A model generated the notes under the pieces. That model saw only the letters and a list, made by a program, of their open reading frames with translations, was not told where the DNA came from and made no database searches. A program made the position numbers and the translations under genes. A stretch of DNA of 58,802 bases, from positions 1 to 58,802 of the forward strand of contig BTUR01000005.1 in assembly GCA_045863475.1 (NCBI GenBank), in the 5' to 3' direction. Of the stretch, positions 17,495 through 27,177 are shown piece by piece (position 1 is the first letter of the stretch; the number at the start of each line of letters is the position of its first letter). The DNA is from Candidatus Campbellbacteria bacterium. Lineage in GTDB: Bacteria > Patescibacteriota > Minisyncoccia > Phycocordibacterales > EsbW-18.

Positions 17495-19177
17495 ATGCAG
17501 GATGTAAAAAAGGATATAGAAAAAGCCGTAAAGGATACATGCGCGGAGTTCGGGTTTCCTGAAGCGAATTTTGTGGTGGAACGGCCCGCTGACATGTCGC
17601 ACGGCGACTACGCAACGAACGTGGCTCTTGCACTTTCCAAACAACTCGGGAAAAATCCTCGTGATATCGCGCAGGAACTCGCGCAAAAACTCTCAGAAAG
17701 GAAAACTCCCAGTATTGAAGCCATTGAAACCGCAGGAGCTGGGTTCATTAACTTCCGTCTCTCGCGTGACTATTTTGCGCAAACGCTGAAAAACATTCTT
17801 GCTGACGAAAAGAGTTTTGGAAAAAACGACGCACTTGCCGGCAAGACCGTGATGGTTGAGTACACGCAACCCAACCCGTTCAAACCGTTTCATATCGGGC
17901 ACCTCATGAGCAACACTATTGGTGAGGCGCTCACGCGTATTTTTGAGAGCTCCGGTGCAAACGTCATTCGCGCGAACTATCAGGGAGATGTGGGATTGCA
18001 CGTTGCGAAAGCACTCTGGGGAATGATGAAAAAAGGAGTTGCACCTGATGACATTCCTGGAATCGGTGAGGCGTACGCGTATGGGCACGAAATGTACGAA
18101 ACAAACGAGGCTGCCGCTCGCGAAATCGTTGATCTGAACAAAAAGGTGTATGCGCATGATCAAGAGGTTGAGGAGACATATAAAAAGGGACGAACGGCAA
18201 CATTGGATGCGTTTGAGAAAATTTACGCACTGCTCGGTACAACATTTGACGAGTACTTTTTTGAAAGCGAGGTGTGGGAGAAGGGGACGGCGCTTGTTGA
18301 AGAAGGGCTACAAAAAAATATTTTTGAAAAAAGTGACGGTGCGATTATTTTCCCCGGAGAAAAACACGGTTTACACACGCGTGTTTTTATAACGAAAGAG
18401 GGTGTGCCGACGTACGAGGCAAAAGAATTAGGATTGGCATTTCTTAAGACAGAACGCTGTAATTTTGATGTCTCACTGACTATCACCGCAGTTGAACAGG
18501 AGCAGTACTTCAACGTGGTGTTTAAGGCGCTTGAGCTGCTGCACCCGGAGTTTGCAGGGAAGTTTCAACATGCGCACCACGGCATGATGGTATTGCCGTC
18601 AGGAAAAATGTCATCACGAACCGGAAACGTTATCACCGGCGAGTCGCTCATTGCCGACATGATCGCGCGCGCAAAAGAGAAGGTGTCAGAGCGCGGAGTG
18701 TCTGATGCGGACAAGATTGCACAGGACGTCGCAGTTGGCGCCATTAAGTACATGGTGCTCAAACAAAACCTCGGAAAAAATATCGTCTTTGATGCCGAGA
18801 AGTCGCTGTCGTTTGAGGGTGATTCGGGTCCGTATCTCCAGTACACGTATACGCGTGCGAATTCTATTTTGGAAAAAGCACGTGCAGAAGGCATTGCACC
18901 GTCAACTGAAAAAGAGGTGGCGATAAGTGACCTGGAGCGGCTGTGCGAGCGTTTTCCTGAAGTCGTGCGCGGAGCGTTGGAAGGGCGCGCGCCAAGTGAC
19001 ATCGTACAGTACCTCATCTCGCTGTCGTCGGAATTCAACGCATGGTATGCGACGGGAAGAATTGTGGACGCACAGGATGCAGAATCTCCGTACAAAGTGG
19101 CGCTGACTGCGGCGGTTGCGGCGATTCTTACAAGCGGTTTGCAGATGACGGGTATCCCGGCGCCCTCAAGAATGTAG
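17495..19177 (+). CDS. argS: Arginine--tRNA ligase
   Basis: HGDYATNVA, AGAGFINF, PN..KPFHIGH, KMSSRTG and GDSGPYLQY motifs. Confidence 0.96.
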   Translation: MQDVKKDIEKAVKDTCAEFGFPEANFVVERPADMSHGDYATNVALALSKQLGKNPRDIAQELAQKLSERKTPSIEAIETAGAGFINFRLSRDYFAQTLKNILADEKSFGKNDALAGKTVMVEYTQPNPFKPFHIGHLMSNTIGEALTRIFESSGANVIRANYQGDVGLHVAKALWGMMKKGVAPDDIPGIGEAYAYGHEMYETNEAAAREIVDLNKKVYAHDQEVEETYKKGRTATLDAFEKIYALLGTTFDEYFFESEVWEKGTALVEEGLQKNIFEKSDGAIIFPGEKHGLHTRVFITKEGVPTYEAKELGLAFLKTERCNFDVSLTITAVEQEQYFNVVFKALELLHPEFAGKFQHAHHGMMVLPSGKMSSRTGNVITGESLIADMIARAKEKVSERGVSDADKIAQDVAVGAIKYMVLKQNLGKNIVFDAEKSLSFEGDSGPYLQYTYTRANSILEKARAEGIAPSTEKEVAISDLERLCERFPEVVRGALEGRAPSDIVQYLISLSSEFNAWYATGRIVDAQDAESPYKVALTAAVAAILTSGLQMTGIPAPSRM

Positions 19178-19254
19178 GGGTAACGCGCACTGAGAAAATG
19201 CTATACTAATGAGTACCAAACGGTACTTTTATTCAACACCTATATATTGAACGT

Positions 19255-19704
19255 ATGGAAATGGATGCAACACCACAGGCAATGCCAGCCGGAGCGCCTT
19301 CAAAAGGAGGAATGGGCAAAAAGATTTTTATAACGGCAATTATTTTGGTGCTTCTCGGTGCAGGTGTCTGGTACTGGTTGTCGCGTCCGGAAGAGGGTTC
19401 GCCTGAGGCAGTGGCCCGGGAAGTTGAAAAAACGGTTGCAATGGTGTCAAAGGTCATGGTGCTTCCTGAAGGGGAGACACCGACTGTCGGCACGGTTACG
19501 GATCCGTCAGCGTTTGCGGGACAGGCTTTTTTTGAGAAAGCACAGGAAGGAGACAAGGTGCTCATTTACTCGGGCGCGAGCATCATCGTTTTGTACAGCG
19601 TATCTGAGGGAAAGATTTTGGGTATTGCGCCGGTAGCGCTCGACAGTGCGGTTGCAGGGGAGGCGGCTACAGTGGTGGAGGAGACAACGACAACCGAGGA
19701 ATAA
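19255..19704 (+). CDS. Single-TM hypothetical protein
   Basis: One TM helix followed by LP.GE.PT..TV.D...FF..A..GD.VLIY. Confidence 0.7.
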   Translation: MEMDATPQAMPAGAPSKGGMGKKIFITAIILVLLGAGVWYWLSRPEEGSPEAVAREVEKTVAMVSKVMVLPEGETPTVGTVTDPSAFAGQAFFEKAQEGDKVLIYSGASIIVLYSVSEGKILGIAPVALDSAVAGEAATVVEETTTTEE

Positions 19705-19808
19705 CACATACTCCGTGTTGAAAACAAAAACGAGCGGCAGTCAGCCGCTCGTTTTTAGTGCGTACCGCTCTTTTTCCGGCGGGCCGTCAGATGGTATGAT
19801 GCTTTCGT

Positions 19809-22800
19809 ATGGATGAACTGCAGAAAAGCGACATAAGCTTGCGGGAAGAGGAAATACTGAAAACCTGGAAGGAGAAGGGTATTTTCCAAAAAACGCTCGC
19901 AAAAAGCTCCCCGAAGGGAGAGTTTGTTTTCTATGAAGGACCGCCGACGGCAAATGCGCGCCCCGGTATTCACCACCTCATTTCCCGCGCTTTCAAAGAC
20001 GTTATTCCTCGATACAAGACGATGCGCGGTTTTCACGTTCGCCGAAAAGCCGGCTGGGATACGCACGGGCTTCCCGTTGAGATTGCGGTTGAGAAATCAC
20101 TCGGTCTCACGTCAAAGAAACAAATAGAAGAGTACGGTGTGGCGAAGTTCAACGAGCAGTGCAAGCAGGACGTTTGGAAATATATTAACGAGTGGCAGGA
20201 ATTCACCGAGCGTATCGGCTACTGGGTGGATCTTGATGACGCGTACATCACGTACTACCCCTCATATATAGAGTCGCTCTGGAATATCATCGCGCACGTG
20301 AATCGTCGCGGGCTGCTCTACAAGGATTACAAGGTGGTGCCGTGGTGCCCGCGGTGCGGAACTCCTCTCTCGTCGCACGAGCTCGCGCAGGGATACGAAG
20401 ACGTGAAAGATATTTCGGTGTACGTGAAGTTTAAGGTGGTCGGAGAGGGAAACACATATCTGCTTGCATGGACAACAACGCCATGGACGCTTCCGGGCAA
20501 TGTCGGACTTGCTGTCGGTGAAGATGTCTCGTACGTGAAAGTGGCCGTTGGCGACGAGGTACTCTGGCTCGCAAAAGCACGACTCTCTGTTTTGGAGGGG
20601 GAGTACAAAATTCTCGAAGAAGTTTCCGGCGCGAAACTCGTAGGAAAAACATACGAACCGCTGTATCCGTTTACCGCTGAGATGATAACCGGCGCGGAGA
20701 AGGAGAAGATGAAAAATGCGTACAAAGTCTATGCGGCTGACTTCGTGACGACGGAAGATGGCACCGGTGTGGTGCACACGGCGGTTATGTACGGACAGGA
20801 GGACTTTGACCTGGGACAAAAAGTCGGACTGCCGAAGCACCATCTCGTGGGCGAAGACGGAACGTTCCTTCCGGGCACGGGAATTTTTGCCGGGCGGTTT
20901 GTGCGCGACGAAGATGTCGCGGTGGACGTCATCAAAGATCTCGCCGGCCGCAATTTACTGCTTAAGAAAGAAAAGTATTTGCACTCGTACCCGCACTGCT
21001 GGCGCTGTAAGACGCCGCTTATCTACTACGCGCGCGATTCGTGGTACATCCAGATGTCGAAGCTTCGTGACGACCTCGTTCGGGAGAATAAAAAAATCAA
21101 CTGGGTACCGGAGCACATCCGCGAAGGACGCTTCGGTGAATGGGTGCGCGAAGTGAAGGACTGGGCAATTTCGCGCGATCGCTATTGGGGAACACCCTTG
21201 CCCGCGTGGCAGTGTGCGTGCGGGCACCGCGAGGTTGTTGGTTCTATTTCGGAGCTGAAGAAACGCATCATCTCGCGCGGCAACACGTACACGTTTGTAC
21301 GGCATGGAGAGGCGCAGAATAACGTGAGGAATATTTCAAGTTCTGATGCAACGGCGCCGTTCCATCTTACCGAGAAAGGAAGAACTGACATCCAACGCGT
21401 CGGCAAAAAACTTGCGAGAAAAAATATCTCAACAATCTACGCATCACCGTTCGTTCGTACGCAGGAAACCGCGGAGATAATCGCTGATGCACTGGGGAAG
21501 AAGAAGACCGATATTGTCACAGACGCACGACTTGGTGATTACGACTTCGGCACATTCAGCGGGGGTTCATATAATGACTTTCTCGCGCATGAAACGGAAC
21601 ACTTCAAGGTGTACACAGATAAAGCACCAGGAGGAGAAAGTTATGCCGATGCGCGCCGCAGATTTGCCGAGTTTCTCTACGATGTCGACCAAAAACATGA
21701 AGGAGAACACATCGTTGTTGTTTCGCACGGCATCTCACTTGAAGTTGTTCCGCCGGTTGTAGAAGGCATGGACGACAGGCACGCAAAACAGTTCATAGAC
21801 GACATTGTTACAAATCCGGGTGATACATTGACGTTCCAGTTTGTGCCATTGCCGCACAACCACAACTTTGAAATTGATTTGCACAAACCGTATATTGATG
21901 AGGTGCAGCTCGCGTGTCCGTCGTGCAAAAAGGTGATGAAACGCACGCCGGAAGTTATGGATGTGTGGTTTGACTCAGGGGCGATGCCGTTTGCACAGGA
22001 CCACTATCCGTTTGAGGGCGGCACGCATTTTTGGAACAGACAAAAACTCGCATATCCCGCCCAATACATTTCAGAAGCAATTGACCAGACGCGCGGATGG
22101 TTCTACACACTCTTGGCGGTCGGCGTACTCATGGAGAAGGGAAGCCCGTTTGAGAACGTCGTGTGCCTCAGCCACATCCTCGACAGCCAGGGTAAGAAGA
22201 TGAGCAAGAGTCTCGGCAATACCATCAATCCGTGGGAGATGATTGCAAAATACGGCGTGGACGTCATCCGCTTTTGGATGTTCTCGGTCAACCAGCCGGG
22301 CGACACGAAGAATTTTGATGAAAAGACCGTGGATGAGGTGAATAAAAAAGTATTCAACATTCTGCGTAACGTCGTGTCGTTCTATGCGCTGCACAAAGAC
22401 GGCGAGCACGCAAAGCCAAACGAGAGTGAGCACGTGCTTGACCGGTGGATTCTCGCGCGTCTTGACGAACTTGTTGCGCAGATGACGCAGGAGCTGGATC
22501 TCTACCACACGTTTGAACCGACGCGCGCGCTGAAAGATTTCGTCAGCGACCTCTCAACATGGTACATTCGCCGCTCAAGAGACCGGTTCCGCGATGGGGG
22601 AGACGATGCCATGCACGCGCTCGCGACAACACGGTACGTACTCCTGACACTTTCAAAACTGTTCGCGCCGTTTGCGCCGTTTTTTGCCGAAGAGATGTAT
22701 GGTGCCGCAAGTGGGGAGAAAGAAAGTGTGCACCTGGAAGAGTGGCCGAAAGAGTTGGGGACGAGGAACAGGGAACAGATTTTGGAGGAGATGGAAGAAG

Positions 22801-23249
22801 CACGCGACGTTGTGTCCAAAGCGCTTGAAGCACGCTCAGCCGCACTCATCAAAGTGCGCCAGCCGCTTGCATCCCTGACGCTGTCTCCTGCGCACATAAA
22901 ACTTGCGGGCAAAGAAGAGATACTCGCGGTTATCGCCGACGAGGTGAATGTGAAGGAGGTGCGCTTCTCCGACGGAACAGGACTCGATGTGGCGCTTGAT
23001 ACCGCAATTACGCCGGAACTTCAGAAGGAAGGAGACGTGCGTGAACTTATCCGTGCGATACAGGATTTCAGGAAAGAATCAGGATTGAAATCATCAGACG
23101 CGCCGAAGTTGCACGTTACAACCGACGAGAAGGGCAGTGCACTCATCAACGAATCAAAAGAGGAACTCAAAAAAGCAACGAACCTCTCGAGTATCTCGGC
23201 TGTTGTCGGGGAAACTGAAGGACAACAGTTTCGTTTCGAACTGCATTAA
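19809..23249 (+). CDS. ileS: Isoleucine--tRNA ligase (type 2) with an inserted histidine-phosphatase domain
   Basis: FYEGPPTAN, GWDTHGLPVE, WTTTPWTLPGN, DWAISR.RYWG, DQTRGWF and KMSKS motifs. The insert carries RHG...SHG. Confidence 0.95.
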   Translation: MDELQKSDISLREEEILKTWKEKGIFQKTLAKSSPKGEFVFYEGPPTANARPGIHHLISRAFKDVIPRYKTMRGFHVRRKAGWDTHGLPVEIAVEKSLGLTSKKQIEEYGVAKFNEQCKQDVWKYINEWQEFTERIGYWVDLDDAYITYYPSYIESLWNIIAHVNRRGLLYKDYKVVPWCPRCGTPLSSHELAQGYEDVKDISVYVKFKVVGEGNTYLLAWTTTPWTLPGNVGLAVGEDVSYVKVAVGDEVLWLAKARLSVLEGEYKILEEVSGAKLVGKTYEPLYPFTAEMITGAEKEKMKNAYKVYAADFVTTEDGTGVVHTAVMYGQEDFDLGQKVGLPKHHLVGEDGTFLPGTGIFAGRFVRDEDVAVDVIKDLAGRNLLLKKEKYLHSYPHCWRCKTPLIYYARDSWYIQMSKLRDDLVRENKKINWVPEHIREGRFGEWVREVKDWAISRDRYWGTPLPAWQCACGHREVVGSISELKKRIISRGNTYTFVRHGEAQNNVRNISSSDATAPFHLTEKGRTDIQRVGKKLARKNISTIYASPFVRTQETAEIIADALGKKKTDIVTDARLGDYDFGTFSGGSYNDFLAHETEHFKVYTDKAPGGESYADARRRFAEFLYDVDQKHEGEHIVVVSHGISLEVVPPVVEGMDDRHAKQFIDDIVTNPGDTLTFQFVPLPHNHNFEIDLHKPYIDEVQLACPSCKKVMKRTPEVMDVWFDSGAMPFAQDHYPFEGGTHFWNRQKLAYPAQYISEAIDQTRGWFYTLLAVGVLMEKGSPFENVVCLSHILDSQGKKMSKSLGNTINPWEMIAKYGVDVIRFWMFSVNQPGDTKNFDEKTVDEVNKKVFNILRNVVSFYALHKDGEHAKPNESEHVLDRWILARLDELVAQMTQELDLYHTFEPTRALKDFVSDLSTWYIRRSRDRFRDGGDDAMHALATTRYVLLTLSKLFAPFAPFFAEEMYGAASGEKESVHLEEWPKELGTRNREQILEEMEEARDVVSKALEARSAALIKVRQPLASLTLSPAHIKLAGKEEILAVIADEVNVKEVRFSDGTGLDVALDTAITPELQKEGDVRELIRAIQDFRKESGLKSSDAPKLHVTTDEKGSALINESKEELKKATNLSSISAVVGETEGQQFRFELH

Positions 23250-23250
23250 C

Positions 23251-23844
23251 ATGTATTCCAAAACGCATACGCGCGCGATTGTCTTGGGCCACTATGACGT
23301 CGGCGAAGCGAGCCGAACGTACCGGCTGTTCACGCGGGAGCTGGGTGTAGTGCTTGCGCGCTGTCAGTCATCGCGGTCGCTCGGGTCCCGACAGCGGTAT
23401 GGCCTGCAGACGTTCTCGGTGTGTGACGTGTCGCTTGTGCGCGCTCGCGGCGGCTGGCGACTGACGAATGTAACACCACTCGCGTCACTGTATGCGGCGC
23501 ACCGAGAAGACTCACGCGTCCGTGCGCTCATATCCCGCGTGTTTTCACTTATTAAACGTTTCGTTGTCGGAGAAGAAGAGGGAAGCGAGCTGTTTGATCT
23601 CGTATGGAACGGTCTTTCATTTTTGGAAAAACAGACAATCTCGCCGGAGAATATAAAGTGGTTTGAAGCACTGTTTGTTTTGCGTATTCTCAATGTTTTG
23701 GGTTATGTGCAGGACGATTCTCACTACGCTCCGCACCTCACTTCGTCGTCTGAATTTTCCATTGAGCTCATTGAGTCATTTGCACCCGTGCACCGCACGG
23801 CGATTTCCGAAATCAACCGCGCAATCGAATCGTCCCACCTATAG
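23251..23844 (+). CDS. recO: DNA repair protein RecO
   Basis: AIVL..YDVGEASR.Y.LFTRELG OB-fold start; LRIL..LGY. Confidence 0.82.
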   Translation: MYSKTHTRAIVLGHYDVGEASRTYRLFTRELGVVLARCQSSRSLGSRQRYGLQTFSVCDVSLVRARGGWRLTNVTPLASLYAAHREDSRVRALISRVFSLIKRFVVGEEEGSELFDLVWNGLSFLEKQTISPENIKWFEALFVLRILNVLGYVQDDSHYAPHLTSSSEFSIELIESFAPVHRTAISEINRAIESSHL

Positions 23845-23869
23845 CTCGGTTTCTTAGGTTTTTGAGGTA

Positions 23870-23898
23870 TTGACAAAAGGTGTTTATTTTGCTATAAA
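23870..23898 (+). promoter_or_regulatory. Sigma70-like promoter
   Basis: TTGACA-N17-TATAAA, preceded by TGc. Confidence 0.6.
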
Positions 23899-23952
23899 TA
23901 TAACAGAAGCACCATTCAACAACCTGATTCTGCAACCACGGGAGACCAAGCA

Positions 23953-24741
23953 ATGGGGAATCATAACAAGCGGGAAATTCGTTGGAACCTGGTGTGGGGA
24001 CTCGTCCTCGCGCTCATCACGATCGTCATCGGATGCTTCTTCGCCGCTCATCGCGCGGAGGGGCAGGAGATCACGCTCTCGTGGGAGAATCGCTACCTCG
24101 ACTTCAACAGCGAGGTGCTCCACGACGACCCGGTGGGTCGCCTCAAGTACTACCAGTCGCTCTCAGACGAGGGTTGCTGGTATCTCTACGCCGAAGCGCT
24201 CTCTGACGGGAACGGGTGGGGTAACAGCTTCGGAGACGAGGCCGGTCTCTACCCGGGCTGCTACCTGCAGTCGGAAGAGACGGGTTGGTTCGCCGATGTC
24301 GCCCTGGGCTACATCGCGGTGTCCGATCCCAACGACGAGGGAATGCCCGACTTCGTGAATCCGTTCATCGAGCTGGGCAGAGTCGTCGATTGGGGAGAGC
24401 GCGGTACGCTTTCCGTTTCGGTCGTCGCCGAAGGGTACTACCCGACGGACGACGACGCCCTGAACATGGGGCACGGATGGTTCTACCGGCTCCGCAGTCG
24501 CCGCGACATTCCTCTCGGCGAGCACTTCCAGACCAGCATCGGCCTGGAGGGCGCGTACGATGACGGTGTCTACGGACTGGACGAGGCGTACCTTGCCTTC
24601 GCTGATATCAGCATCATGCTGAATCTCGGTGAGCACTGGAGCCTCGGCCCCGGTTTCCGGCGGTCGTGGACGCTCAGTGACGTCGACGACTACCGTACCG
24701 ACGAGAGCGTGTACATGTTTTCGCTCTCGTACTCACGGTGA
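23953..24741 (+). CDS. Exported beta-rich protein, possibly beta-barrel-like (orphan cassette)
   Basis: Signal peptide ending ..AHRAEG, amphipathic aromatic-rich strands and a C-terminal YMFSLSYSR. GGGAG SD and its own terminator. Confidence 0.65.
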   Translation: MGNHNKREIRWNLVWGLVLALITIVIGCFFAAHRAEGQEITLSWENRYLDFNSEVLHDDPVGRLKYYQSLSDEGCWYLYAEALSDGNGWGNSFGDEAGLYPGCYLQSEETGWFADVALGYIAVSDPNDEGMPDFVNPFIELGRVVDWGERGTLSVSVVAEGYYPTDDDALNMGHGWFYRLRSRRDIPLGEHFQTSIGLEGAYDDGVYGLDEAYLAFADISIMLNLGEHWSLGPGFRRSWTLSDVDDYRTDESVYMFSLSYSR

Positions 24742-24757
24742 AGCAGGATCGGTTTTC

Positions 24758-24796
24758 AGGGGCGGTCGCGCATGCGCGACCGCCTTTTTCTTTTTC
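24758..24796 (+). terminator. Intrinsic terminator
   Basis: GGCGGTCGCGCATGCGCGACCGCC followed by a T-run. Confidence 0.75.
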
Positions 24797-24846
24797 CAAA
24801 AATAAAAACATCCCAGCATGCCGGGATGTTTCAATGAGAATTCTGT

Positions 24847-25137
24847 CTAGTAGTTTGTGACTGAGCCGTCGGCGTTCGTCTCTCCCTCAAATTGGAGAAG
24901 ACCGTTTGTGTTCACCTCAACGCTCGTTGAAGCGTCAACATCTACATTGGCGTCCGAAGTCATCTCTTCCTCAAAGCGCGGGTTGATTTCAAACCATCGC
25001 TTTGTCGTTGTTGCACCGTCTTCTACTTCAACACTCGCATCGCTCTGCGTTGCGACGTAGATGCCGCCTCCGAGAAGCGAGATGGCTGCGAGTATACCGA
25101 TAACGGCGATGGCGCCGAATCCTTTTTGCGTGTTCAT
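24847..25137 (-). CDS. Small exported protein with a class III (prepilin-like) leader
   Basis: MNTQKG|FGAIAVIGIL followed by a hydrophobic helix. Confidence 0.7.
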   Translation of the reverse strand: MNTQKGFGAIAVIGILAAISLLGGGIYVATQSDASVEVEDGATTTKRWFEINPRFEEEMTSDANVDVDASTSVEVNTNGLLQFEGETNADGSVTNY

Positions 25138-25322
25138 AATGAGAATGTATTAACTGTCTAATCACCCCTGACTCCGCGTTATGGGAGTCACATGGGGAGT
25201 ATACGAATCATATAGTGAAATGTTACGCGGAAAATATTGACTTTTTGTGAAGAAAGCGTATTTTGCTTGCAGTGAATTTTCGGTTCTTTGAACCCAATAC
25301 GCAGTCATGGGGAGGAAGTCGC

Positions 25323-25637
25323 ATGGGACGACGCCAGAGAGAAAAGGAAGAGTTTCAGACGGGACGGAACAAGAGGGTGAGAAAAGCCCTTTCCATCCTC
25401 GGGTACTTCATCTTCGTCGTGCTTCTGCTGGCCACGGCAGTCGCTTTTCTCGATGGAAGCAAGCAGACCGTCGAATCTCGACGGTACATGCTCATGGGCA
25501 CGCGGCAGTCAGCCGTTTCCGACGAGAACATCATCACCGACGAGGGTCCGAGGCAGTTCTCGGCGGGTGAACGGTTCACGCAGGTTTCCACCACGAGTAC
25601 CGGGTTCACGGAGACACGTTTCATCCCGTTGTACTGA
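25323..25637 (+). CDS. Single-TM hypothetical protein (orphan cassette)
   Basis: GGGGAGG SD and an upstream TTGACT box. Confidence 0.6.
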   Translation: MGRRQREKEEFQTGRNKRVRKALSILGYFIFVVLLLATAVAFLDGSKQTVESRRYMLMGTRQSAVSDENIITDEGPRQFSAGERFTQVSTTSTGFTETRFIPLY

Positions 25638-25645
25638 TGAGCGGT

Positions 25646-26464
25646 TCAGGTCGCGTCGAGTTCGAACCTCGTGCGGCCTTTTCTTTTTATAAACCCTTCT
25701 TTTTGAAGTGCTTCGAGCGCAGCTCTTGTTTCCGATATACTTCGTTTTGCTGTTTTTGCGAGCACCGTGAGAGTCGCGCTATTTTTGGAGAGCGTGCGAA
25801 GAATATTGCCGCGCAGTTCCCGGTTGGATCCCTTAAACGTTGACTGTTTCGTGTAGTGACGGCTCCGTACGCTCTCGTTGCCAATTTTTTTCTTCAGATG
25901 TGCGCCGTAGTCCATGAGCGCCCAGTACCATTCGCGCGGACGGCGCTCATCGAGCGTTCCAGCGATGATATTTTCAAGCACTTTGTCCGAGACATTCTTT
26001 TTCTTCGGGAAGAAGTGGTGGAGGAACACGGTGCGAATATTCGTTTCAATAAACACCATTGGCTCGTTCCAGATAAACGTGAGCAGTGCTCCTGCGGTGT
26101 ATGGCCCCACAGAGGGGAGTGCGATCAGCGCGTCGTAGTCGCGCGGAAGTTTGCCGTCGTGCTCTCGCATCACAACTTGAGACGCGCGCTGCAAGGCAAG
26201 CGCGCGGCGATTGTAACCCAAACCCTGCCATGCACGAATGACATCGGCGGTTTTTGCATGGGCGAGTGCTTTGAATGTCGGGAAGCGTTTCAAAAATTCC
26301 TTGTATTTCGGGATGACGCGGTCCACCTGTGTCTGCTGCAGCATTACTTCAGACACGAGGATGCGGTACGGGTCGCGTGTCTTTCTCCACGGCAATGCAT
26401 GGCGCCCGTGTTTTTTGTAGTAACTGAGAACTTCTCTTTGAAATCGCTTGATGTTCATGCGCAT
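25646..26464 (-). CDS. mutY: MutY-like HhH-GPD adenine glycosylase lacking Fe-S cysteines
   Basis: LPWR...DPYRILVSEVMLQQTQV, WQGLGYNRRA and LPSVGPYTA motifs. Confidence 0.8.
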   Translation of the reverse strand: MRMNIKRFQREVLSYYKKHGRHALPWRKTRDPYRILVSEVMLQQTQVDRVIPKYKEFLKRFPTFKALAHAKTADVIRAWQGLGYNRRALALQRASQVVMREHDGKLPRDYDALIALPSVGPYTAGALLTFIWNEPMVFIETNIRTVFLHHFFPKKKNVSDKVLENIIAGTLDERRPREWYWALMDYGAHLKKKIGNESVRSRHYTKQSTFKGSNRELRGNILRTLSKNSATLTVLAKTAKRSISETRAALEALQKEGFIKRKGRTRFELDAT

Positions 26465-26529
26465 AGAGTATAGGGAAACAGGGGAATGAAAAAGCGGCGC
26501 GCTGTGGGGGGCAGCGCGCCGCGTTGTCG

Positions 26530-26994
26530 TCATGACGCGGGACTCACGGAAGGGACATCCACAACGACCTCACCCCAGAGACCTTCGATATTGTAGAAAA
26601 CACTCGTTGGATGTTCTCCCCTGAACCATCGGCTTACGCCTACCATAACAGTGTCGCCGGTGCGCTTGAGCGTACACGTTTCGACCTTCTCCTGGTAGTC
26701 CCCGCGTTCCCGTTTTGGCTCGAAGGTGACACGTGTGCCGTCTTCCATTCGTACGATGTATGCGCACGCGACGATGCGCGTTTCAACGAAGACCGCACTT
26801 ACGAGACCGTTTTCGCTTGCAAGCGAACAGACACCGTTCTTGTTGTTCACATTGCGTCCGATGCCGGTCACGCGAAGCTCTTCGATGATACCCATCTCCT
26901 CCGTTCGTTTTCGCCACTCATTCGGGCCGTGTTCCGGTGGAATACGACAGCCCAAAAACAAAATGACGGCTCCCGTCAGAAGAATAACTCGCAT
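26530..26994 (-). CDS. Putative lipoprotein (orphan cassette)
   Basis: Lipobox-like LFLG|C, GGAGGAG SD and an upstream TATACT. Confidence 0.6.
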   Translation of the reverse strand: MRVILLTGAVILFLGCRIPPEHGPNEWRKRTEEMGIIEELRVTGIGRNVNNKNGVCSLASENGLVSAVFVETRIVACAYIVRMEDGTRVTFEPKRERGDYQEKVETCTLKRTGDTVMVGVSRWFRGEHPTSVFYNIEGLWGEVVVDVPSVSPAS

Positions 26995-27090
26995 GTCTCC
27001 TCCATTTTCCAGTAGATCTTCTGGAGGTTAGTATAGCGTCCTTGATGATAGAAAAAAGGTCCATGCCGTGCTAAATTGTCGGCACGACAT

Positions 27091-27177
27091 GGAGAGGTGC
27101 CAGAGTGGTTGAATGGAGCACCCTGCTAAGGTGTTGAGGGGGAAACCCCTCCGAGGGTTCGAATCCCTCCCTCTCCG
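27091..27177 (+). tRNA. tRNA-Ser(GCT)
   Basis: GGAGAGG/CCTCTCC acceptor, anticodon loop CTGCTAA, long variable arm, GGTTCGAATCC and G73. Confidence 0.96.

Noticed and set aside
21285-21845. Intein in ileS
   Set aside because: No Cys/Ser start or His-Asn end motifs; the insert has histidine-phosphatase motifs instead.
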